Shown here piece after piece: positions 1-7,131 of a stretch of 43,788 nt of DNA (its first letter is position 1; every line of letters begins with the position of its first letter). The notes under the pieces are model-generated. The model did not search any database. It was not told the origin of the DNA and saw nothing but the letters and a program-made list of their open reading frames with translations. The DNA comes from a virus: the IMG/VR virus record IMGVR_UViG_3300045988_166023; one strand, written 5' to 3'. The position numbers and the translations under genes are program-made.

Positions 1-22
1 TAAATGGGAAGAGGAAAAATTA
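1..22 (+). repeat. Variant crossover-like site / inverted-repeat arm (partner 42473..42494); core TAAATGGGAAG
   Basis: The reverse complement of 1..22 matches 42473..42494 at 21/22 positions. Positions 1..11 differ from the shufflon core TAAATAGTAAG at 2 positions. Confidence 0.7.
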
Positions 23-119
23 TAACTTTGTCAAAGAAATTGTTGCGTAAATATTCTTAGTAGTAATTTTGAGAGTTTGATAATCAACCCAGGATACGAT
101 TCCTTCTAAATCCGACATA
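1..119. repeat. 119-bp direct terminal repeat, copy 1 (identical to 43670..43788)
   Basis: Base-by-base identity of 1..119 with 43670..43788. Confidence 0.97.
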
Positions 120-310
120 AATGGAGCGGTAAGTCCACTGCTCCCTTCGCCACTTCCAGCGACAATGATTGCCGCGCGAGTTCTTATGATATTTCCTCCT
201 GCAACTTCGGCGCAAGTTAATAAATAGCATTGTAGTTTATCTAATACATAGGTTTTTTCGGCATCCCTTGCTAGAAAACCATTTATGACTCTTTCACTAC
301 TTCTTCGTGT
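20..310 (-). CDS. Silent tail-fibre C-terminal cassette a' (96 codons plus stop, no start codon or SD)
   Basis: Hand translation of the minus strand from core 311..320, in the AAT-AGT-AAG frame, is open to TAA at 22..20: TRRSSERVINGF...KNIYATISLTKL. There is no ATG/RBS at its 5' end. Confidence 0.6.
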   Translation of the reverse strand, partial: TRRSSERVINGFLARDAEKTYVLDKLQCYLLTCAEVAGGNIIRTRAAIIVAGSGEGSSGLTAPFMSDLEGIVSWVDYQTLKITTKNIYATISLTKL

Positions 311-320
311 CTTACTATTT
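311..320 (-). repeat. Shufflon core site (CTTACTATTT = reverse complement of AAATAGTAAG)
   Basis: Exact 10-mer shared with 41406, 41677, 42223 (+) and 585, 846, 1123 (-). It contains the stop codon of cassette b'. Confidence 0.8.
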
Positions 321-584
321 AATGAAGATTTTTTTCCATGTATTACTGGACAAAGTTAATTTATTTCCTTCGATTGAAATATTAACGTCGCTAGTACTTG
401 AACAAACGATAGAGACATTACTTTTTCGTGTTTCAGCTGCTGTTATAACTGTATACATATTTGTTGTTGATGGGGATATATTATTATTGCTCAATCCTGC
501 TACAACAAGAAAATAACCAGTGTCGTATTTCAATTCAATAGTCAGCGTAACTCCCCCTTGGAGTACATACGTTTTGTAAAAACT
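315..584 (-). CDS. Silent tail-fibre C-terminal cassette b' (89 codons), paralog of expressed cassette A
   Basis: In frame with core 585..594. It ends ...SIEGNKLTLSSNTWKKIFIK, versus ...SIEGNKLTLCSTAWKKIFIK in 41206..41682. The only candidate start is a TTG with no SD. Confidence 0.7.
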   Translation of the reverse strand, partial: SFYKTYVLQGGVTLTIELKYDTGYFLVVAGLSNNNISPSTTNMYTVITAAETRKSNVSIVCSSTSDVNISIEGNKLTLSSNTWKKIFIK

Positions 585-594
585 CTTACTATTT
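585..594 (-). repeat. Shufflon core site (reverse complement of AAATAGTAAG)
   Basis: Exact 10-mer. It abuts the TAA stop of cassette c' (594..596). Confidence 0.8.
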
Positions 595-845
595 TATTCG
601 GCAGAGAAGTACTTCCAGTCTGACCAAGCATTGCTATTTCTTTTTCGGCGTATAGCAATCTTATCACTTCCGAAAGAAAAAGCAAGCTGGCAGTTAAAAG
701 CATTGTTCGGATTCTGTTGAATAACAATACACCCATTGCTGCCGAGACTTTCAGGAAGGCCAACGGGATTGACTGCTGTTCTCAATATTATTGCATTAGG
801 AGGACTATCTAAATCATTTATACCTGTCGCAACAATCTGAGAACC
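594..845 (-). CDS. Silent tail-fibre C-terminal cassette c' (83 codons)
   Basis: In frame with core 846..855 (…QNSK|GSQIVATG…). It ends ...NSNAWSDWKYFSAE, sharing the G/N-x-x-DW tail motif with cassettes C, D and d'. The track ORF 594..920 extends spuriously upstream of the core. Confidence 0.65.
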   Translation of the reverse strand, partial: GSQIVATGINDLDSPPNAIILRTAVNPVGLPESLGSNGCIVIQQNPNNAFNCQLAFSFGSDKIAIRRKRNSNAWSDWKYFSAE

Positions 846-855
846 CTTACTATTT
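846..855 (-). repeat. Shufflon core site (reverse complement of AAATAGTAAG)
   Basis: Exact 10-mer. It contains the TAG stop of cassette d' (850..852). Confidence 0.8.
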
Positions 856-1122
856 TGTCGCAATAGATTTCCAATCTCCGATATTACCATCAGCGATTTT
901 TCTTGTGTAGATGTTTCCATTTACGACTGCTATGCTCCATCCGTAATTGGCAGCATCCTTATACGTAAAAAGGACACCATTTCCTCTTTCGCCCGGCTGA
1001 CCGGGTACGCCATTTGAAAATCTTCTGATTGAAATAGTCCGAGGGGCGAATGTTTCGAAGTCTGCATTTAAATCGTCAGACGGTGTAAGGGTGTTATTTG
1101 AGTTTGCAGCAAGAGAAAAACT
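850..1122 (-). CDS. Silent tail-fibre C-terminal cassette d' (90 codons)
   Basis: In frame with core 1123..1132 (…SNSK|SFSLAAN…). It ends ...GNIYTRKIADGNIGDWKSIATK. The upstream extension of track ORF 850..1203 runs through a terminator hairpin and has no SD. Confidence 0.65.
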   Translation of the reverse strand, partial: SFSLAANSNNTLTPSDDLNADFETFAPRTISIRRFSNGVPGQPGERGNGVLFTYKDAANYGWSIAVVNGNIYTRKIADGNIGDWKSIATK

Positions 1123-1132
1123 CTTACTATTT
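1123..1132 (-). repeat. Shufflon core site (reverse complement of AAATAGTAAG), outermost on the left arm
   Basis: Exact 10-mer. It shares a 17-nt match (AAATAGTAAGAGTTTTT) with the site at 585. Confidence 0.8.
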
Positions 1133-1140
1133 GATATACG

Positions 1141-1167
1141 AAAAAACAGCTCCCACAGGAGCTGTTT
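1141..1167 (-). terminator. Rho-independent terminator (minus-strand polarity)
   Basis: Stem AAACAGCTCC / GGAGCTGTTT (1144..1153 / 1158..1167) with a 4-nt loop. On the minus strand the GC core is followed by TTTTTT. Confidence 0.6.
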
Positions 1168-1229
1168 GGAAATAAAAAAATATGACATATGAGAACAAGT
1201 CATGAATTAATAATAACACATTTCACATG

Positions 1230-1269
1230 ATACACAATGGTATTTATTGATACTATTGTGTATTTTTTT
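1230..1269 (+). terminator. 14-bp imperfect palindrome plus T7 run (terminator or operator) just upstream of the lysis cassette
   Basis: ATACACAATGGTAT (1230..1243), a 6-nt loop, ATACTATTGTGTAT (1250..1263), then TTTTTTT to 1269. Confidence 0.5.
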
Positions 1270-1291
1270 ATTCTCAAGGAGGTGAGAAAAA

Positions 1292-1816
1292 ATGAGAATA
1301 GTAGCAAACAAAAACAAGAACAGCAAAAAAAAATTCCCGTGGAGAATCGTGTTGGATAACGGAAGACAGATTCCGGTGCCAAGTCAGTACAATTTCAAAT
1401 CTTCGTTCATCAGGACTCATGGGTGTAGTCTGGTAGCTTTCTATATGGCGCTGCGATTCCGAGGCGTTAAGAAAAATATGCAGCAGTGCTTAAACTTCGC
1501 AAGAAAGAAATTGAAATGCGGAGCAAAGTATCCGCTTACGGAAATTTGCAAGGGCATTAATTTTATTTGCCCAGGCAAGCCAGCGACGTATTATAAGTCT
1601 TTGACAAATGCTCAACTGGAAGCAAAGCTGCGAAAGGGGTACATGATACTGTTTGAAGAGGGCAATCCGATTCATACTGTGGTCCTGCTCAAAGATAATA
1701 AGACGGGAAAGGTGTGGAGATTCTCGGACGGAAAAAAGAACGTAACAACAGTTGAAAAAGAAAATAAGAAAAAGTGTACAAACGAAAAGTACAGAGGAAT
1801 AGTAGTTGTAAAGTAG
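1292..1816 (+). CDS. Hypothetical protein, possible papain-fold (C39-like) Cys/His peptidase, first gene of the lysis cassette
   Basis: AAGGAGGTG SD lies upstream of the ATG. Motifs HGCSLVAFYMAL and NPIHTVVLL resemble the Cys and His boxes of C39-like peptidases. This assignment is weak. Confidence 0.6.
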   Translation: MRIVANKNKNSKKKFPWRIVLDNGRQIPVPSQYNFKSSFIRTHGCSLVAFYMALRFRGVKKNMQQCLNFARKKLKCGAKYPLTEICKGINFICPGKPATYYKSLTNAQLEAKLRKGYMILFEEGNPIHTVVLLKDNKTGKVWRFSDGKKNVTTVEKENKKKCTNEKYRGIVVVK

Positions 1817-1827
1817 GAGGAATGGAG

Positions 1828-2172
1828 ATGGATGCTATTATGTTGCCTTTATTAACTTGTTTATTTATTGTGTTTGATTCAATCAGTGGAAATATTTCTG
1901 CTTGTGCTAATCATATCTGGAAATCGTCAGAGATGCGAAGAGGGTTATATCACAAATTTGGTTCGATCCTGCTTGTTGCCCTAGCTTATTTGATTGACTA
2001 CGCTCAAAGATTTGTAGATTTAGGATTTCAGATCCCGATTGCTGCTGGGGTATGCACATATATTATCCTGATGGAATTAGGCAGTATCATCGAAAATATC
2101 GGAAAGATTAATCCGGATTTATTACCGGCACAGATTCGCAAAATCATTGGATTAGACAGAAAAGAGGACTGA
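1828..2172 (+). CDS. Holin (clostridial TcdE / phage_holin_4-like)
   Basis: Three hydrophobic segments and the motif ...YIILMELGSIIENIGK. It sits directly upstream of the endolysin, with AGGAGG 7 nt before ATG 1828. The track ORF starts earlier, at 1774. Confidence 0.8.
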   Translation: MDAIMLPLLTCLFIVFDSISGNISACANHIWKSSEMRRGLYHKFGSILLVALAYLIDYAQRFVDLGFQIPIAAGVCTYIILMELGSIIENIGKINPDLLPAQIRKIIGLDRKED

Positions 2173-2176
2173 TAAT

Positions 2177-3055
2177 ATGAGAAAATTAATTGATGTATCG
2201 AGTTATAATGGAGTTGTGGACTGGAAAAAAGCGAAATCATACGGATGTCAGGGGGCGATTTTAAAGATTATCAGAAAGGACCTGAACAGAGATAAAAAGT
2301 TCGACGAGAACTTTACGACTTGCAATGAGAATGAGATTGGCTGGGGAGTATATAACTACTCCTACGCTACAACAGCCACAAAGGCTAAATCCGATATGAA
2401 ATTGGTCTGTGATATCTTAGATAAGATTGACAAAACACATTTTGTCTATGGTGTGTGGTTTGACATCGAGGATAAGGTGCAGGCAAGTCTGAGCAAAGCA
2501 AGGATTGCTGAGATTATTAATGCAGCGCAGGGAACTGTTGAGAGCAGAGGATACAAATTTGGTGTTTACACAGGAATGAGTTACTACAACGAACATATTG
2601 ATAGAAAGCTTGTAAAGTGCAACAATTGGTGGATTGCTCGCTATTATAACGGCAATGAACGGATGCAGATTGCAACAAATCCGGATGAGAAGAAGAAACC
2701 AACAGCGGCCAATATCGCATGGCAGTATACTTCTAGTGGTAGATTTCCACGAGTAATCTCTACGGGAAACAGTGGAAACTTTGACTTAAATGTACTCTAC
2801 AAAGAACCAGCAGCGAAAAAGCTTGAAGAGAATACAAAGAAACCTATCAAGAAAAAGATTACATACTATCCGCGATATAAGGGAAAATCTAGTTCAATTG
2901 TAGATGCACTGAAAGTTTCAGGTATTAACCCTAGTAAGAACAACAGAAAAAAGATTGCAGCATTAAACGGGATTAAGAATTATTCTGGTACTGCCGCACA
3001 GAATACAAGGCTGCTGAATCTTTTAAAGAAAGGAAAGCTTGTTAAGAGTAAATGA
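2177..3055 (+). CDS. Endolysin, GH25 muramidase with a C-terminal putative wall-binding module
   Basis: N-terminal IDVSSYNGVVDW...GAILKI...GVWFDIED is typical of GH25 lysozymes. A basic ~65-aa C-terminal domain follows, and the gene comes after the holin. Confidence 0.85.
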   Translation: MRKLIDVSSYNGVVDWKKAKSYGCQGAILKIIRKDLNRDKKFDENFTTCNENEIGWGVYNYSYATTATKAKSDMKLVCDILDKIDKTHFVYGVWFDIEDKVQASLSKARIAEIINAAQGTVESRGYKFGVYTGMSYYNEHIDRKLVKCNNWWIARYYNGNERMQIATNPDEKKKPTAANIAWQYTSSGRFPRVISTGNSGNFDLNVLYKEPAAKKLEENTKKPIKKKITYYPRYKGKSSSIVDALKVSGINPSKNNRKKIAALNGIKNYSGTAAQNTRLLNLLKKGKLVKSK

Positions 3056-3062
3056 ATCTGTG

Positions 3063-3095
3063 AAAAATAAGCAGGTATCCAAGATGGATACCTGC
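3063..3095. terminator. Terminator shared by the convergent endolysin and integrase genes
   Basis: Stem GCAGGTATCC / GGATACCTGC (3071..3080 / 3086..3095). A U-run follows on the minus strand (reverse complement of AAAAATAA). Confidence 0.65.
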
Positions 3096-3129
3096 AAAAG
3101 ATTATACCATAGCATTATTATTTTTTTGA

Positions 3130-3148
3130 GGGGCAAAAAAGGGGCAGA
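3130..3148 (+). repeat. Tandem GGGGCA(GA) repeats, 11-bp phasing (candidate integrase arm-type sites)
   Basis: GGGGCA at 3130 and GGGGCAGA at 3141. The same pair geometry recurs at 3335/3346. Confidence 0.5.
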
Positions 3149-3334
3149 AATTGACACCAAATGTTACTCTATGAAATTTTTAACTTTTCAAAAGCACGTT
3201 TTTATGCTATTTTATTCCTCATGATACCGTATGATATTCAAATTAATGCAAATTGGATATTTAAATATAATTTTCTTAAAAATGGCATAAACAGTAGGTT
3301 TTTCATAGGTGTGCAGTTACAAATAATTGAAAAA

Positions 3335-3353
3335 GGGGCAGAAAAGGGGCAGA
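3335..3353 (+). repeat. Tandem GGGGCAGA repeats, 11-bp phasing (candidate integrase arm-type sites)
   Basis: GGGGCAGA at 3335 and 3346, immediately downstream of the int stop codon. Confidence 0.5.
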
Positions 3354-3355
3354 TG

Positions 3356-4450
3356 CTATAAAATCTTAATATTGCGAATAGCATCATTATCCTTTGACCT
3401 CATTTTCTCAGTAACATGAAGGTAAATCTGCCTGGTAATATCACTATTTTCGTGTCCCAGTCTCCGACTGATAGTTTCGATATCTACACCTTGTTCTGCC
3501 AGAAGAGAGGTGTGGGTATGTCGGAGCATATGAGGATGCACATGCTTGTGCAATACATTTTTTGCAGTATTTCCAAGTGCGAAGCGGTAATTAGTTGGAC
3601 AGAGATGCTTGCCGCTTCGCTGAAATAGTAAATCAGTCTTATAAACAAACTGGTTCATCAAAGCGACTTTCTTTAACCGCTGGCAGAGCGGGAATAGTTC
3701 TGTTTGAATATAAATACGGCGGTTAGAGGATTTTGTTTTAGGGGTGTCTGTGGTTTTTACATTGTGGCTGTATGTAGAATTCACATAAATGTATCGCTGT
3801 TTTAAATCGATATCGGAAGCAGTAACAGATAATGCTTCCCCAAGTCGCATCCCTGTAAGTACCAGAAAATGGGTAAGATCACGATAATCATCTTTTCGAA
3901 TTGCAGGGAGAAGCTTAGCGACTTCCCAAGATTCTAGATATTTACTCGAAATGTTAGATGAATCCTCTTTTTCTTCTTTTTTTGTTCTCTGAAGTTTATC
4001 AAGATATTGAATATTATCTACATAATCATTCAAATATCCCCACTTCATAATGAGTTTAAAATATCTCAGATGGTTAACAGAACTTCCTTCTGGATAAATT
4101 ATCTGTTGTCGGATAAAATTTGCTGAAAAACTTGATACCAATGTATCATCCCCTAATAGCTTTACCACATTTCTGGCTTCACACTCATAAATGAAATAAG
4201 TTGTTGCTTTACATTCATGCTTTTTTACATCAAGCCATCGATCACAAAGTTCGCCCCAGGTAATATCTTTTATTGGTGCAACATTTAACCGACTATCAAT
4301 CTTGGCCACAAGTGCCCGTTGTGCCATTTTTCTCGCCTGGGCAGTATTCTTTTCAGTAGTGACGGAAACTTTTTTCGTTTTGCCTGTCACCGGGTCCTTG
4401 TAGCGTTCTACATGCTTATACTTACCGTTCTTTGTTTTCTCGGTCCACAT
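3356..4450 (-). CDS. int: Phage integrase, tyrosine recombinase family
   Basis: Catalytic motifs TGMRLGEAL, HMLRHTH and LGHENSDITRQIYLH, with an N-terminal MWTEKTKNGKYK arm-binding-type start. ATG 4450 has AAAGGA 8 nt upstream. The track ORF runs to 4519. Confidence 0.9.
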   Translation of the reverse strand: MWTEKTKNGKYKHVERYKDPVTGKTKKVSVTTEKNTAQARKMAQRALVAKIDSRLNVAPIKDITWGELCDRWLDVKKHECKATTYFIYECEARNVVKLLGDDTLVSSFSANFIRQQIIYPEGSSVNHLRYFKLIMKWGYLNDYVDNIQYLDKLQRTKKEEKEDSSNISSKYLESWEVAKLLPAIRKDDYRDLTHFLVLTGMRLGEALSVTASDIDLKQRYIYVNSTYSHNVKTTDTPKTKSSNRRIYIQTELFPLCQRLKKVALMNQFVYKTDLLFQRSGKHLCPTNYRFALGNTAKNVLHKHVHPHMLRHTHTSLLAEQGVDIETISRRLGHENSDITRQIYLHVTEKMRSKDNDAIRNIKIL

Positions 4451-4498
4451 ATAAATCATCCTTTCTTCTGTGTAAAAAAGGGTATAAAAAATACACCC

Positions 4499-4527
4499 TA
4501 TACAATTGTTAGGATGCATGGTATAAT
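4499..4527 (+). promoter_or_regulatory. Sigma-A-type promoter (TATACA, 17 nt spacer, extended -10 TGgTATAAT) divergent from int
   Basis: Read directly: -35 at 4499..4504; TG at 4519..4520; TATAAT at 4522..4527. Confidence 0.5.
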
Positions 4528-4578
4528 CTAAATGAGTTGGTTAGATTATCAGCATCCCTTGTTGATAAGTAACTTGAA

Positions 4579-4607
4579 ATCCGGTATTGTCAGTACCGGA
4601 TTTTTTT
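4579..4607 (+). terminator. Rho-independent terminator (plus strand)
   Basis: Stem ATCCGGTA / TACCGGAT with a 7-nt loop, followed by TTTTTTT. Confidence 0.7.
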
Positions 4608-4878
4608 ATTTATAGGATTATTATACAGCGTACAGAACATATGTGCAATATAAAAATGAGAATCAAGCAAAAAGGTGCCTCAGGAGGTTTCGGATATGCG
4701 AAAACCAGTCTTGGGGTAGGTTTTTTGCACAAAAACGCATGTTTTTTGATGTAATCTGTAAGGTTTTCCGTAAAAGAGCATGTCATATCCTATAAGAGGG
4801 GAGGCTTCTGGAAACCTCCATGCGTGATTTTTTTAGTCAGTATACTGAAAAATGCGTATTTAGTCAGAAAGCTGTCTA

Positions 4879-4911
4879 CAAGAAAGAAAAGAGCAGCGGA
4901 TGAGCTGCTCT
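4879..4911 (-). terminator. Rho-independent terminator of the minus-strand lipoprotein operon
   Basis: Stem AGAGCAGC / GCTGCTCT (4890..4897 / 4904..4911). On the minus strand it is followed by TTTTCTTTCTT. It lies 22 nt beyond the stop of 4933..5850. Confidence 0.7.
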
Positions 4912-4932
4912 GTTATGTAAAGAGATGTAAAA

Positions 4933-5850
4933 TTATTTAAAGATGTAAATAGCAGAATTTTCAGCATTGATATAATCAGAGTAATCGTATGAAAAATGTT
5001 CGCCAATTAAACTTATTTTATCTCCTTCTTTTGGAAGAAGGTCTTCGGTAGTATTTATAAAACAAGGTAACGTGTTGCCAGGACCGTTATTAAGATATAT
5101 TACATAATTAGCGAATCTGTATGCGGATGCATAATTGTACTCATCAGAAGAGGTATCTACGCTTTCTAGATACTCCTCTTTGTCATCATCGGATGCGGTT
5201 ATTTCCTCTATGGAATTTACAGTTCCCATAATCCGCTCTGAACCATCAACCGCTATAGCATCAGTTACATTATCGGCAAATTTAACTTTACTTATATCAG
5301 GGGATTTGATTTTGCAGTCTGAAAGGTATTCGGATATATATTTTGTACCTTTTTCCTCATCTTTCTTTTCCGCAAAAAGAGTTCCCTCGATTGCTACATT
5401 ACTACCAGGTTCTAATAGTGCAGGTGAGTTAGGGTTTTCCGAAAAAAGGCACATAAATGTTGTAGAATCGAAGTCTGCATCTTCAGAATCAGGTTCAAAA
5501 TCTTCATCTTCATAATCATCGGATTCTGTATCTTCGTTGGAGTTTTTACTGGTACTTATAAACAAGAATGAAGGGTAGGTCGTATCAACCTTTCCCCTGA
5601 TGATAATAGTTTGATTTAAAGAAAATCCACCAGACTCTGCTTCCTTTTTAACAAGTTCAGTATATTTGGAAGACTGAAGCTCGTCTTCACTCCAGTATTG
5701 AGTTTTTTCTTCGATAGAACTAAGTATTTTCCTGTAAGTTGGAAGAAATTCGTCAATATTATATTCTTTAACCGAAGAAGTTCCAGAAGAACATCCACAC
5801 ATTCCAATTGCTAAAATCATAGCAAGTAGTAATCCCAAAATTTTTTTCAT
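4933..5850 (-). CDS. Putative lipoprotein with an acidic linker (lysogeny-module moron; candidate superinfection-exclusion protein)
   Basis: The N-terminus MKKILGLLLAMILAIGMCGCSS looks like a signal peptide with a lipobox-like Cys. There is a D/E-rich stretch. The gene lies between int and the repressor. Confidence 0.7.
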   Translation of the reverse strand: MKKILGLLLAMILAIGMCGCSSGTSSVKEYNIDEFLPTYRKILSSIEEKTQYWSEDELQSSKYTELVKKEAESGGFSLNQTIIIRGKVDTTYPSFLFISTSKNSNEDTESDDYEDEDFEPDSEDADFDSTTFMCLFSENPNSPALLEPGSNVAIEGTLFAEKKDEEKGTKYISEYLSDCKIKSPDISKVKFADNVTDAIAVDGSERIMGTVNSIEEITASDDDKEEYLESVDTSSDEYNYASAYRFANYVIYLNNGPGNTLPCFINTTEDLLPKEGDKISLIGEHFSYDYSDYINAENSAIYIFK

Positions 5851-5873
5851 AAGTTTTCCTCTTTCAAATTTAT

Positions 5874-6704
5874 TTATTGTAATTCTGTAAATTTATTCGA
5901 AATCTGCTCTGTAAGTTTTTTCTGCTGTGTAGCAGTCAATTGACTTGATGTTCTAATCAAAACAGTACCAAGAACAATGTGAGAGCCTGAATCCATCATG
6001 CCATTTCCATCAAAAGAAGCAAGATAGGATTCCCGTTTCTTTGCATCCTTGGCAGAAGCAAAGACTTCAATAGCTCCACCGCCCTCTGTTCCCTTTTCAG
6101 CAATGGTATTACCATAAACATAATCCTGTTTTACTTTCTTGCTTGAGAAATACACACAAGCGGTATATCCACCGTTTTTATTTAAAAGCCTATTAGTATC
6201 TGTTTTTTCGGTAACGGCTTCAACTCCAGAAATACTCTTAATCTGTTTCAAACGTTCCACTACAAAATCTTCCGAAGGATTTGTTACCTGTTTAAGCTGT
6301 TTGATGCTATTTTCCAAATTAGTCTGTGCCTCAGAAAGAGTAGCTATAATATTTGAATAATCCGGAATGGTAGATATTTTTTTAGTTGCTGCATTAATAT
6401 CATTTGTCTTCTTTGGCATTTCTGGAACTTTCATTTCAGTTTTTTTAGCATCCGATAATTTACCTTTTGCTGTGGTGAGTGTTGCTGGATCCAGGGGTTC
6501 TTCTTTTGAATCAATTACAGATTTGAGAGAAGATACTGCCTTGTCTAATGGCTTATTACTTTCTTTTAAAGCAGAAACTGCCTTATTGAAATTAGCAACA
6601 GCTTCATCATGTGGCTTTTTGTACTGGAAATACCAGAAACAAGAACCTGCAACAATAACTATTAAAAGAATGATTATTGCAGGTATTATCTTTTTCTTTT
6701 TCAT
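5874..6704 (-). CDS. Membrane-anchored protein (N-terminal TM helix, extracytoplasmic domain), function unknown
   Basis: MKKKKIIPAIIILLIVIVAGSCFWYF anchor. AAAGGAG SD upstream. Co-oriented with 4933..5850. Confidence 0.7.
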   Translation of the reverse strand: MKKKKIIPAIIILLIVIVAGSCFWYFQYKKPHDEAVANFNKAVSALKESNKPLDKAVSSLKSVIDSKEEPLDPATLTTAKGKLSDAKKTEMKVPEMPKKTNDINAATKKISTIPDYSNIIATLSEAQTNLENSIKQLKQVTNPSEDFVVERLKQIKSISGVEAVTEKTDTNRLLNKNGGYTACVYFSSKKVKQDYVYGNTIAEKGTEGGGAIEVFASAKDAKKRESYLASFDGNGMMDSGSHIVLGTVLIRTSSQLTATQQKKLTEQISNKFTELQ

Positions 6705-7059
6705 AATTTCTTACTCCTTTTTATGTGTTAATGAAAAAATTAAATAATTACAAGTAAAATTATACAACAAAATATGTGAAACGTATATAAGAATCGAAAG
6801 ATTTAATAAGTGATTTTGTGAAAATGCATGAAAATAAATTTTTTGCAAAAAAATGCCGACAAAACGAAAAATTTATACATATTGAATGGACACAAACGAA
6901 CTGGCAATTCATTTGTGAATTTAATGGTGTATTATTTTTTTCTTACAAAAATTCTTTTGATTTTAAATTTAGTACACTGATTTCGAAAGGAGGAAAATGT
7001 TAATTTACCGAATCTGTCATACTACTATTAATGAGAAGTTTAATTCCAGAAATTACATA

Positions 7060-7088
7060 TTGACGAAAATATGTTCGGGTTATATAAT
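7060..7088 (+). promoter_or_regulatory. Near-consensus sigma-A promoter (TTGACG, 17 nt spacer, TATAAT)
   Basis: -35 at 7060..7065, -10 at 7083..7088, spacer exactly 17 nt. It lies 44 nt upstream of ATG 7132. Confidence 0.7.
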
Positions 7089-7131
7089 AGAATAAAATCG
7101 AACATACTTTCGTAAGAAAGGAGCATACATA

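Noticed and set aside
1-119. The 119-bp terminal direct repeat as attL/attR of an integrated prophage, or as an LTR-like element
   Set aside because: The integrase and the arm-type repeats lie about 3 kb away. No host-like genes flank the repeat. A fibre cassette reads straight through it. An assembly overlap of a circular genome explains it better.
594-1203. Track ORFs 594..920 and 850..1203 (minus) taken as full-length independent genes, and plus-strand ORF 307..516
   Set aside because: Their 5' extensions lie upstream of the core sites, lack an SD, and overlap the neighbouring cassette or a terminator hairpin. 307..516 is an antisense shadow of cassette b'.
6818-7095. Track ORF 6818..7003 and a 32-codon ORF at 6997..7095 with an AGGAGG 3 nt upstream
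   Set aside because: The first has no SD and an AT-rich, low-complexity translation. The second has a too-short SD spacing and overlaps the 7060..7088 promoter. Both look like chance ORFs in a regulatory spacer.
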